In this document: positions 36,344 through 48,051 of the stretch, one piece after another | How the letters are laid out: each line of letters opens with the position of its first letter | How positions within the stretch are numbered: position 1 is the stretch's first letter | Assembly: GCA_030704615.1 (NCBI GenBank) | Contig: CM060733.1 | Span: forward strand, 44,392,001 to 44,456,000 | DNA: 64,000 nt | Direction of reading: 5' to 3' | Source of the DNA: Takakia lepidozioides | Lineage: Eukaryota > Plantae > Bryophyta | The notes under the pieces: model-generated | What the model was told of the DNA's origin: nothing | Database searches by the model: none | What the model saw: the letters and a program-made list of their open reading frames with translations, nothing else | Program-made: the position numbers and the translations under genes

Positions 36344-37680
36344 TTAGGGCAATACCTCTCGAACCCTCAGAATAACACGCCCTGCAGTAACATCCAGAGT
36401 CGTAGGAGCAGTCTGCTGCAAATAAACATAGTCACCAGGGCTAAACCTCCGAACCCCAGGACGATATCCTCCACCACGTATAGTGGCATACCTCAACGTA
36501 TCACGGTGCTGTGCAATGGCAAGGTTCTCAAAAGCCATGGGCATGACTTTCTTGAACAACTCTGCACGCTGATCACATGCACGTACCCACACGTCCGGAT
36601 CGTCAAGGTTAAGGACTTGAGCAGTGTCCCTACGAATGGCTGCAGGCAAATCCGGCTCTCGGCCAAAGAGAGGAAATATGGTGAGAAGGAGGCAAGTGAT
36701 GCTTGTTTGCTGAACCTGTAGCCCATGGCTAACCAAGGAACCTGAAGATCCCAATCTCCTAGGTGTCCCTTCTGCAAGCCATACTTGCGCAAACCCCTCT
36801 TCACCGTCTGAACAACTCTCTCTGCTAAGCCATCGGCCTCAGGATGATCCCGAGAAGTGGTGCGGTGGTCTATCAAGGCTTTATCACACAAAGCCTGAAA
36901 CTCCCCCAAGAACTCTCTCCCTTGGTCCGTGAGTACCTCAGCTAGAGCACCAAATCGGCTAAGCACTCGATCCAAGAATGCATACGCAACCCCCTCACTA
37001 GCCTTGTCAGGCAATGGAACCAACTCAATCCACTTGGAGAAGTGCTCCACCATCACCAACACATATCTGTGGTGGCGCATAGTCAGTGGCAACGGTCCTG
37101 CGAAGTCAAGACTCCACCTGTAGCCCAATCCCATGATTGGTAAAGGATGCAACTGTGGTGTAGGGGCGTTGAATGAAGCACGCACCCTGTCACACACCAT
37201 GCACCTAGCCACGAACTGTTGCACCTCTGTATGCATACCACGCCACCAATACTGCCCCTGCAGTAAACTGTGAGTGCGTCGCACTCCAAAATGCCCCAAC
37301 TCCTCATGGGCATGCCGCACTAACCGTGCACCGTGCACAATCCTCACCCGACCATCCTCCCACACTCGAAGTAGGTGTATCCCCTCCCACTTGAACCTCT
37401 TGGCTCGTTGCAGGATCCGATCCCTCTCCCTCGCAGTCACAGTGGCTGCCGTGTCTCCCGTGCGGAGGTAGTCCAACACAGCCGAATCCTCATGTATATC
37501 TCTGGCACCACCTGGCTCATCACTAGCCTCAGGGTCCTCAGACACTCCGTCTACAGTCATCCCTTTTGTAGGTCCAACCTGACCTCCCGATGCCAAGATA
37601 CACAAAAATGCAGATGCGTGCCATCCCGGCACCATCTCCTCGTCCGTCTCACCATGCCCCCGAGCTCCTGGCTCATGCAT
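36344..37680 (-). pseudogene. Gypsy DDE integrase (frameshifted)
   Basis: HHCC zinc finger (HEELGH...CMVC); WSLDFAGP; VLTDQGREF; HPEADGLAERVVQTVK; SPY/FGRE; continues in ORF 36344-36754. Confidence 0.92.
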
Positions 37681-38807
37681 GGATTGCGACTCAATCCATC
37701 CGCATCCCGATTGACCAAACGTGGTCGATGCACAACCTGAAAGTCATACTCCTGGAGTATGAATGCCCACCGTGCAAGCTTCCCCGTAAGCTTGTCTGAC
37801 TCCATCAACCACTTGAGTGGCTGGTGATCCGTGACAAGGGTGAAAAGATTGCCATATAGATAGCACTTGAAGTGTGCCACGGCCCACACTGCAGCTAAGC
37901 ACTCTCCCTCATATGAGCTGTACTTAGCCTCTGCAGTGTTGTTTGAGCGGCTAGCATAAGCCACTACGAACTCTCTTCCCTCATCATCCATCCTGACTGC
38001 CTGAGCTTCCGTAACCCCTTGGGTTACATTTATCAAGCGCCTCATGCGAGTGAAAGTCTCCCTCAAGCTCTCGGTCGGCTTCCGTTGGAACTCTTGCAAG
38101 CTCCGCAACTTCTCTGTCCTCATCCCTTGGTAGTTCCCTCTCAACTCTTCGAAGAACTCCACAACATGGTTGAAGGCAGGCACAGGTGCTAGTGCTGGTG
38201 CGGTAGTGGCTTGGGTGGACGTCGTAGCTACTGTACCACCAGTCCCACTAGTTCCAATGCTACTTGCTGAAGCTGCCGGTGTAGCGGCAGGTGTAGCCAC
38301 TGCCCTCGTGGCTCTAGTGCCCCTAGTGATGGAGACATAGTCGGGTGACCAGTACATCCTCCACTCCTCGATCTCAACCTCATACCCCCACCTAAACTCA
38401 TGGTAATCATCCATAGGCGGCCCCTCAAGGTGCTGAAACAGCCATTTCCATGCCATGAACGGCGTAAATAGTTGTGGATTGCGCATTTGCTGCAAATCAC
38501 ACCAACTATCAAAGTCTTGGATAAAATCATCCAACTCGATGGTGCCCACCGCCCCAGAGTACCTTCGTGGCCCCTTGGTAGCTCCATACATCTCCTTCAT
38601 TGTGTCCCACAACAATGGCAAAGAAACAACTTGCACCGCCGGTATGAGTCCTCCTGATTCACAATCCGAATCAGAACCTTCCGTGGAAGACACAGGAGGT
38701 GAAGGTGGCCTAAACCGCACACCTCGTCTCGTGTACCCACTAGTATCGCTAGTGCTCGAACCGGCACTGTCCCCAGCAACTAGTGGCACCTCCGTGTTGA
38801 CACTCAA
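37557..38807 (-). pseudogene. Gypsy gag N-terminus fused in-frame to RNase H C-terminal half (PR/RT region deleted)
   Basis: Gag-like region (FQRKPTESLRETFTRM) joins at ~37995 to VVAYASRS..YSSYEGECLAAVWAVAHFKCYLYG..VTDHQPL..ADGLSR. Confidence 0.85.
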
Positions 38808-39519
38808 CCGGTCATGAACATGTCCCTAACCCCCTCTCCACAAGGTAACCGGGTAGAGAACCTGTTGCGGCTTATGGTTTGGAATACTAAGTTCCTAACA
38901 TAGCCTACACATGTACCTGCATCCACCGCAAGCACTCCTATGGTTGGCTGGTCATCACCTCCAACCTCACCACAGGAGAAACAATGATGGTCTGGCTGGT
39001 CATCACCCCAGCCTCACCATCGACAGCATGCTCTAGGACTGGCCGGTGATCAAATCCGGACCAATCACCTATAAAAACAAGCGCCCACACAAAACTAGCA
39101 TGGCGCACAGTCAAGCATGCAGGTATGGAGGGGATCCAAACACAAGAAATCAGAACGACAACTCCCCCACACCAAAAACAACTCCACGGTGTTGCTCCTG
39201 CAAAGACACCCCAGCCCAAACCCGGACTGACTCTTGCCTCCACCTGCGGAAAGGTCTTGGCCTAATGAGAGGGTGGAAACTACGAAGAAGAGAAGCTAAA
39301 GCAATGCCTAACCCCAGCATGCCCTCATCCCAACACTCTTCCTCTCCTCTCTTCCCTCACTTGCATGACCATGGGAATATCATGAAGATACTCCTCAAAC
39401 CGCCCTCCACGAGCTTCAAATTTCGGCCTTCAAGACCACATACCAGTCCTTATGCAATCCACCAGTGCCTCCACAAGTCAGCACAGGCCATCCACAGGTC
39501 AACACGGGCCACCACAGAC

Positions 39520-40240
39520 CAGCACAAGCCCACACAGCTCACAGGCCACAGCTTGTCACAGCCCTACACAGGTCACAGGGTCACAGCCCCAAAGGCCACA
39601 TGTCACAGCCTGTCACACCCCATCACAACCCCAAAGGCCACAGGCACAGCCTGTCACAGCCCTACAAAGGTCACAGGGTCACAGCCGCAAATGCCACAGC
39701 CTATCACAGCCCCTCACAGCCCCATAGGCCACAGGGCACAACCTGTCACAGCCCGACACAGGTCACAGGGGTCATAGCCCCAAAGGCCACAGCCCGTCAC
39801 AGCCCGTCACAGCCCCACAGGGCACATGGCACAGCCTGTCACAGCCCGCCACAGCCTGTCACATCCCGTCACAGCCCCACAGGCCATAGGGCACAGCCCC
39901 TCATAGCCCGTCACAGCCCCACAGGCCACAGGGCACAGCCTATCACAGCCCCTCACAGCCCCACAGGGCACAGGGCACAGCCTGTCACAGCTCGCCACAG
40001 CCTATCACAGCTTGCCACAGCCTGTCACAGCCCGTCACAGCCCCACATGCCACAGGGCACAGCCTGTCACAGCCCCAAAGGCCACTGGGCACAGCCTGTC
40101 ACAGCCCCTCACAGCCCATCACAACTCGCCACAGCCTGACACAGCCCATCACAGCCGGCCACCGGCACAGCCCGACACAGCCCGTCACAGCCCCTCACAG
40201 CCCCCAAGGCCACAGGGACAGCCCGTCACAGCCCTATCCA
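39520..40240. repeat. Minisatellite of 9-11-bp (gt)cacagcc(c) units inside the Gypsy leader
   Basis: Dozens of cacagcc / gtcacagcc / ggcacagcc units in a higher-order pattern. Confidence 0.9.
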
Positions 40241-40559
40241 TGGCCGCTCTGGCAGTTTAGCCATTTCTCCAAGGGGTTTAGCCACGCCAAGCTAGGGTTT
40301 GTGTCTCTTGGACTCTAGGCTTCTTTCCACCGAGCTATGGCGGCTGTGAGGAAATCAGCAAGGTATTCTTGCTCTTTTGGCTCCCACACACTACCATAAT
40401 AGCCCTAAGCCATGAGGTGGTTGCCACAAACCAAGCCTTCTTTCTCACTTAGCCTTCCCAAACACGCCACTAAACTCAATGGCAAACAACCAAGCCCTGC
40501 TGGTTCCCAGCCCTTGTGAGCACTCATTCAAGCACTCTCATTGGCCATAGCATCTGTCT

Positions 40560-41460
40560 TAGAGCCTATTCCAGCCCTCTACACCTGTTGCTTCAAGAGT
40601 TGCGCTCCCTTCAAGCTTGAAGTTGAAACCCCAACTCACATAGGCCCTACAAGTGCTTTTCTTTCACTCCAAGTGGAAACCAGCCCTAGACCTTCCGTTC
40701 TAGCTCTCTAAGGCTTGAAAATAAGAGCCTCAATGGGCTGAAGGCATGCTCCACACATGCCCCACTCTCACCATAAGAGAATCAGCTCATTTGCTTCATT
40801 TCTTGCACCCACAAACCTGAAAATACAAGCTTCAGCAGGCTGAAAGCATGCTCCACCTGCCCTACAGGGAAACCAGCCCCTTCCTTCCTTTCTTGCACTC
40901 CCACACCTGAAAGTGCAAGCCTTCACCAGGCTGATAACATGCTCCACACATGCATTGCCCTCGCATAAGGGAAGTCAGCCCTTCCCTCTTCCTTGCTTGC
41001 CCTCCAAGCTTGAAGATGGAAGCTTCAATGAGCTGAATACATGCTCCACACATGCAACCTCTTCACACAAGAGATATCAGCCCCCTATCTTGGCTCCTTG
41101 GCTCATTGATGCTCTCTAAGACAAGACTAAGCACTCCACAGCCCTTGCCAAGCTCCTGAAACCATAAGGCTTATATTTCCAGCCACAAGACACTCCTCTT
41201 GTGGTGCAAGAACTTTTCTTCCAAGCTCTGAAACCCTAGGTGCACATTCCATGGCCTTGCCGCACCTCTCAGCTCCTGTTCCAGCCCCGCTTTTGCCATG
41301 GCAAGAGCCCTCATATCGCTAGAGTTTCAAATTGAAACCCCCAACTCAACATAGCCACAAATGCATTGGCTTGCATACAAGAGAAATCAGCCATCTCTTT
41401 TCACTCATACCTCCTTATGAGCTTGAAGTTGGAGCTCCCGATAACTGTGACCTACATTTA
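40560..41460. repeat. Degenerate ~100-130-bp tandem repeats in the Gypsy leader
   Basis: Recurring catgctccacacatgc, aagagaaatcagcc and cttgaagttggaa motifs. Confidence 0.6.
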
Positions 41461-42821
41461 ACACCCTCACAGCTCCACATTGCTGCAACTCCTTAACTTG
41501 GCCTGCAGCTGAAGAAGACGACCACCAGTTCACCCACTCGAGACCAGCATCTCCCCCGCTTCACACTAGAAGCCCAAACTTGCCATAGCGTTGAGCTATG
41601 CAACGCCGCTCTTCAACATAGGCTACCCGCCTCTCTATCCATTGCAAACCTGCAACCTGTTCGCCTTTGCACTCTATCCACTTTGGATAGGCTCATGCAC
41701 GGATCCCTGCACTCTAGGCTGAACCGCTTTTCATGAAAACACAAGTACTACAAAGCAACTCGAACCTGGCACTCACAGACTCGGGCTCATCTTTCTCGAG
41801 TGATAAAGAAGAAGAATACAAGCACGAGCTCACAAATCTGAAGCATAAACTCATGCATATATAACCTCATCACTCAAATACAAGTCAAGCCAAGTGCACC
41901 CCACGCCATGGGGAATCCACACTACGGCGCCATAGCTAGGCGCGGTGAGGCTCAACTTGAGAAAGATGAGCCTTCCGCGCTTGCCGTGAAGATAACCACT
42001 CCAGGGCCTAAATCTGCCTTGACCCCTGGATTGACACTTGGGCCAATCCCAAATGTCAATATGTAAAAGCTAGCTATTTCCTAGCTAGTTTCACACTAGT
42101 GGTAAAATAACTTGACAATGTGAATGTCAACGACGTCGACGAAATGCAAGATGGAATGGATGAGTATACAAAGTTTCGGTGCCTGCTTCGGAAAAACAAA
42201 GGTTTGTCTCTCACATAAAAATGTTTTGGAGAGAGCACGAATGTCGTGCAGATACAAGATGAGAGGGCAATTGAATTCAACACTGTCTCGTGTTCTCTTC
42301 CATATGATGAAGTCTGGTCAGTATTTTCCTTCTGTCAATTGGGTAATATTGGTTAAAAGCAGCGGAATGGATTTGGAAAGAGCAGCTTCCATCTGGAAAT
42401 GTATGATGAGACTGCATGAAATTGAGATGGTAGATGTTGCTCGAGTGTTTTAGTCTTTGCGCTATGTGATAGATTGAGAAATTTGGCATCTATTGAGATT
42501 GGTAATGAACTGGAATCTGAGCCTTGTAATACCGGATCGAATGATTCAACCGTTTGCGATTTGGCAAAAGGGATAGAAGCCTCATCGATCAGCAGGTGCC
42601 TTTTATTCCGCTGCGATGCAAACGATCTGCTAGAAATCGCCATGTTTTTTTTATTTTTATGTAATAAAGTGTCAATCTTGTATATAAAGTGAGAACTTGG
42701 CCAACTTGGCCAATACGATATTAAAAGTGTGTCATAATAAGGTGACAAAAAGTTCAGACCATCATCTAATTAAAAAATCTCTTACTATGCTATGCTTATA
42801 AATTTGTACTCTACAAGGTTA

Positions 42822-45800
42822 TCAATCTATGAAGCAAGACGTTTGTTTTGTTTTGTAGCGTTGAGATGTTCCGAATCGCAAAGCCCCAGCGTTGGTGCTT
42901 GGTATCGTTGGAAAGCCCTCGACGAGGAGGGGTGCACAGGCTTGGTCTCATGACTTTTGGACCTACGGTGTGGGAGATACGGAATTCCAAGTACTTTTGG
43001 TCGCTGGAAATTCACGAAAAATAAGCAAAAATGACGAAGTGGGCATTCCTACGGTGTGGGAGATACGGAATTCCAAGTACTTTTGGTCGCTGGAAATTCA
43101 CGAAAAAATAGCAAAAATGACAAAGTGGGCATTCCTGGGACAAATGTTGGAGCCTCGACTGGAGAGATGTAAAGGGAAAGGTCTCCGGTTCAAATCTGGT
43201 CGTAGGCTCTGTGGAAAAAAACTTACTTAGATGACATTGGACACTTGGGCCAACGACAGAGGCTACCCTAGAGGTTGCATTTGGGCCTCGACATAGGAGA
43301 TGCACTTGCCTACATAGGAAATTGCACTTGGTCTTAGATTTCACACATAAGCCAAAGGCGACGTAGGCTACACTCGAGGTCGCACTTGGGCCTCAACACT
43401 GGAGACGCACTTACATATGAAATCGTAATGGGTCTTAGATTTCAATTCTTCACACACATGGGCCAAAGGCACATGCTACTACCCGAGAGGTCGTACTTGG
43501 TCGACATAGAGGACGCACTGGGATACATAGGAGATCTTACACTTGGGCTTAGATAACACTGAACCCTTGGGCTTAGATGACACTGGACACTTGGGCCAAT
43601 GGCACATACTATCCTAGGGCCTAGAGGTTGCACTTGGGCATCTACATAGGACTCACAATGTTTTTTTTTCAAATTTGGAAAAGAACAGGAGTTTTGTAGG
43701 AAATAGCCATATTTTTTGCTCATCCACTGAAATTTGGACAGAATCATCATCCTCTGTACTTTCATCCATGTACATCATCCATATTAGGCGAATTCATCCA
43801 ATATTTCTTTTTTTTGGGAGAATTTTGGCGATTTCATCCATGAGAAAATAGGGATTTTACGATAGAATATTTGATTTTGATTTTTGAGGTCGAAAAAGTG
43901 CGAAATTTCGCCAGAAATAGAAACTCTCTTATGATAGGAGACGCACTTGGATATATAAGAAATTGCACTAGATACATAGGAGATTGGACTTGGGCACAGA
44001 TGACAGTGGACAATTGGGGCTCTACATGGGAGATGCACTTGGATACATAGGAAATTACACTTGATCTTAGATTTCAATTCTTCACATATGGGGCAAACGA
44101 CATAGGCTACACTAGAGGTCGCACTTGGGCCTCGGCATAGGAGACGCATTGGGATACATAAAAGATCTTAGACTTGGGCTTCAATGACATTGGACACTTG
44201 GGCCAACGGCACAGGCTGCCCTAGAGGTCGCATTTGGGCCTCGACATATGAGACGCACTTGGACTTAGATGACACTGGACACTTGGGGCAACGGCACAGG
44301 CTATCCTAGTCAATATATGAATGGAGACGTTTAATTGTTTGTTTGTTTTGTTTTGTTTTGTTTTGTAGCATTGAGATGTCCCAAATCGCATAGCCTCGGC
44401 GCTGGTGCTTGGTACCATTGGAAAGCCCTCGACGAAGCCCTTGGTCTCATAATTGACATGCGGCGTGGGAGATGTGGCATTTCAAGTACTTTGGGTCGCT
44501 GGAAATTCACAAAAAATAGTAAAAATGGCAAAGTGGCATTCCTGGGAGAATGGTTGGAGTCTCGACTGGAGAGATATAAAGGGAAAGTTCTCCGGTTCAA
44601 ATCTGGTCGTAGGCTCTCTGGAAAAAAAAAAAAAGATTAGATATGGGATTGTACTTGGACTTAGATCAATAATGATTGGATATATTACTACTCAATAAAT
44701 GCATGAAAAAATATATATTTGGGCATTGACATGGGAGACGTACTTGGATACATAGGAGATCGCACTTGGGCTTAGGTGACACTGGATAATTGGGCCTCTA
44801 TATAGGAGATGCACTTGGATACATGAATAGAAGATTGCACTTGGGCTTAGATGGGTCCCGACATAGGAGATGCACTTGGATACGTAGGAAATTGCACTTC
44901 GTCTTAGATTTCAATTCTTCACACATGGCCAAAGGTATAGGCTACCTCCCTAGAGGTCGCACTTGGGCCTCGACAAAGGAGATGCACTGGGATACATAGT
45001 AGATCTTACACTTGGGCTTATATTACACTAGACACTTGGGCCAACGACACAAACTACCCTAGAGGTCGCATTTGGGCCTCGACATAGGAGATGCCCTTGG
45101 ATACATAGGGATTGCAATTTGACTTAGATGTCATTGGACACTTGGGCCAACGGCACAGGCTACCCTAGTTTTTTCCTTATGTAATCAATCTATGAAGGAA
45201 GCCAGTTTGTTCTGTTCTGTTTTGTTTTGTCACGATGAAATGTCCCAAACCGCAAGGCCCCGGACCTGGTGCTTGGTACCGTTGGAAAGAAAGCCCTCGA
45301 CGAGGAGGGGTGCACGGGCTTGGTCTCACGATGTTTGGACATGCAGTGTGGGAGATGTGAAATTCCAAGTACTTTTGGTCGCTGGAAATTCACAAAAAAT
45401 AGAAAAAATGGCAAAGTGGGCATTCCTTAGACAATGGTTGGAGCCTCGGCGAGAGAGATATCATGGGAAAGGTCTCCGGTTCAAATCTGGTCGTAGGCTT
45501 TGTGGAAAAAAAATGCATTTGGACTTAGATGACATTGGACACTTGGGCCAACGGCACATGCTACCCTAGAGATGGGAGATATATCAATAATTCAATTGGA
45601 TATATCACTACTCAATAAATTCATGGAAAAAGAAAGTGGGGCCTTGACATGGGAGACGTACTTGGAAGGAGATTGCACACATGCTTAGATGGGCCTCGAC
45701 ATGGGAACGTACATGGGACATGCCCTTGGATATATATGAGATTGCACTTGGGCTTAGATTACAGTGGACACTTGGGCCTCACATGGAAGATACATAGAAG

Positions 45801-46979
45801 ATTGCACTTGGGCTTAGATGGGCCTTGACATAGGAGAGGCACTCGGATACATAGGAAATTACACTTGGTCTTAGATTTCAAATTATATTCTTCACACATG
45901 GGCCAACAACACATGCTACCCTAGAGGTCGCACTTGGGCCTCGACATGAGAGACGTACTTGGGTACATAGGAGATTGCTAGATGACATTGGGCACTTGGG
46001 CCTCTACACATGAGAAGCACTTGGATACATGAATAGAAGATTGCACTTGGGCTTAGATGGGTCTCGACATATGAGACGCACTTGGACACATAAGAAATTG
46101 CATTTGGTCTTACATTTCAATTCTTCACACATGGCCGAAGGCATAGGCTACCCTAGAGGTAGCACTTGGTAAAGAGACGTACTATATATGATACATAGAA
46201 GATCTTACACTTGGGCTTAGATAACACTAGACACTTGGGCCAACAGTTCAGACTATCCTAGAGGTCGCATTTGGGCCGTAACATGGGAGACGCACGTGGG
46301 TACATAAGGGATTGCAGTTGGACTTAGATGACACTAGACACTTGGGCCAACGGCACAGGCTACACCGACTTGGTCTCATTTTTGGACTTGCGGTGTGGGA
46401 GATGTGGAATTTCAAGTACTTTTGGTAGCTGGAAATCCACCAAAAATAGCAAAGTCGCTTCCTTGGACAATGGTTGGAACCTCGAATGGATCCGGAGAGA
46501 TATCAAGGGAAAGGTCTCCGGTTCAAATCTGGTGTGGAAAAAAAATGCAGTTGGACTTAGATGACATAGGAGATTGCACTTGGGCTTAGATGACACTGGA
46601 CACTTGGGCCTCTATATGGGAGATGCACTTGGATATATGAATAAAAGATTGCACTTGGGCTTAGATGGGCCTTGACATAGAAGACGCACTTGGATACATA
46701 GGAAATTGCACTTGGTCTTAGATTTCAATTCTTCACATATGGGCCAACGGCATAGGCTACAATACTAGAGGTGGTACTGGGGGCCTCCACATAGGAGACG
46801 CATAGAAGATCCTACACTTGGGGGCTTAGATGACACTAGACACTTGGGCCAACGGCACAGGCTACCTAGAGGTCGCATTTGAACCTCGACATAGGAGACG
46901 CACTTGGATACATGGGGGATTGCACTTATACTAATTAGATGACAGTGGACACTTGGGCCAACAGCATTGGCTACCCTAG
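42822..46979 (+). mobile_element. Three Helitron-like non-autonomous elements in tandem (42822-44309, 44310-45168, 45185-46979) built from internal tandem repeats
   Basis: Each starts TCAAT(C/A)TATGAA and ends ...ggcta(c/t)cCTAG followed by T; the outer ends sit in an A|T context; the copies share a ~350-bp 5' module and cacttgggc/gacataggag/cttagatgac repeat units. The 3' hairpin is weak (gccaacggc). Confidence 0.65.
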
Positions 46980-48051
46980 TAGATTTTAAAGGGCCACTGT
47001 CCCTTTAAGAAGAAAACCCTTCAAATAATTTGAATAAAGTAACCAGGGCCACTGCCCCTGTTTCCCCCCAAAAAAAAAAAAAACATACTTATGTGGATTT
47101 GCAAGAGAAAGAATTAGATTGAAAGAAAAATTCCTTTTGAGGTAAGCCCAACATTTTTTTATTTTCTTATTTTTGGAAAAAGGGGTAGCATGTAGAGGTA
47201 GCATGTAGTCTATTGATTCTATGCTTCTCCTGAACATGTGCTTTGTGCTCTCTTTCATCAGTTTTCCTCTTTCCCTCTCTTGAATCTTTAGTTCTCTGGA
47301 AGCCAAGGTGAAGGTGGAGATCAATGCATAGAGTTCTCTCTTCTGTTTGATTTGAACTCCTCTTCTCTTCTCCTCTCTGCCTTAGAGCTCGGAACATTGT
47401 CTTGTTTCTCAGCCTTCATGGCAATTGTAAGGTTACTTTTTCCTTACCTATCCAACATATGATGTCACTTCACTCCAAGGGCTACTGTTTTATATTTGGA
47501 TGGTGGAAAATGAGAGAATAAACCTTGAAAACATGTAAGCTTAAAATCTGAAAAGGTGTTTTAGAACTCTGTTTTTTACTTGTTTGAATTGGGAGACGGT
47601 TGTTTTGAAGCATATCACCTCGTTTGGGTCTTTTCGAAAGCTTCACAGCGATTACAGAATGTATTCGGAGGAGTCCTCCAAAAAACACAGCCACAGCAGA
47701 TCTCGATATCCAACCTTGCAAGGCATTCTTCAACTGGTGACGTATCATCCTGTTGACCTACAGGTGTGGTTTATAAGGGTCAAGGATCAAACAGGTCGCT
47801 GAGGATCAAGGCGTACTGGATCACTGGCGGGTAGCCGTGGTGCATCGAGGGGTGCCTGCGATGCAGTTGTGTAGGGTGATGGGTGATGTTTTAGGTCTCC
47901 CTTTTCGGGCAGGGAAGTGCTGAAGAAGTGAACGCGCTTAATCGGCATTGGATTATTGGCATTGGAATTTGGAATATTGTTTGCCAGTGTCTCATTTCTG
48001 CAGTAGTTTGCGGGGAGGACGTTGTGCTTGGTTGTGATTCCGCCAACTCAA

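Larger units (their letters stand above)
35123..42117 (-). mobile_element. Ty3/Gypsy element (gag/RNase H fusion, DDE integrase, PHD finger) with split direct repeats X1-internal-Y1-X2-Y2
   Basis: Termini TGTC...GACA with 4-bp TSD ATGT (35119-35122 / 42118-42121). X1 41801-42117 matches X2 35301-35617 (317 bp, ~6 differences); Y1 35620-35809 matches Y2 35123-35300. PPT at 35820-35810. Confidence 0.92.
34644..42453 (+). pseudogene. Replitron-like HUH endonuclease transposase, split by the Gypsy insertion (34644-35122 joined to 42118-42453)
   Basis: CSLERGETLFHAHLQ (HUH motif) and IGNCLKD (degenerate GYCxKD tyrosine motif). The reading frame continues across the ATGT TSD (HFVYV-NVNDVDEMQDGMDEYTKF), then after a frameshift reads KVCLSHKNVLERA..LFHMMKSGQYFPSVNWVI..GMDLERAASIWK. 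No helicase domain seen. Confidence 0.72.

Noticed and set aside
39046-40260. His/Ser/Pro-rich ORFs of 82-243 aa
   Set aside because: Translations of the cacagcc minisatellite.
35123-42117. DIRS/Ngaro tyrosine-recombinase element
   Set aside because: The repeat layout is similar, but the encoded enzyme is a clear HHCC/DDE integrase, a TSD is present and no YR motifs were seen.
42822-46979. CRISPR-like array
   Set aside because: Eukaryotic context, repeats are degenerate and adjacent, no unique spacers and no cas genes.
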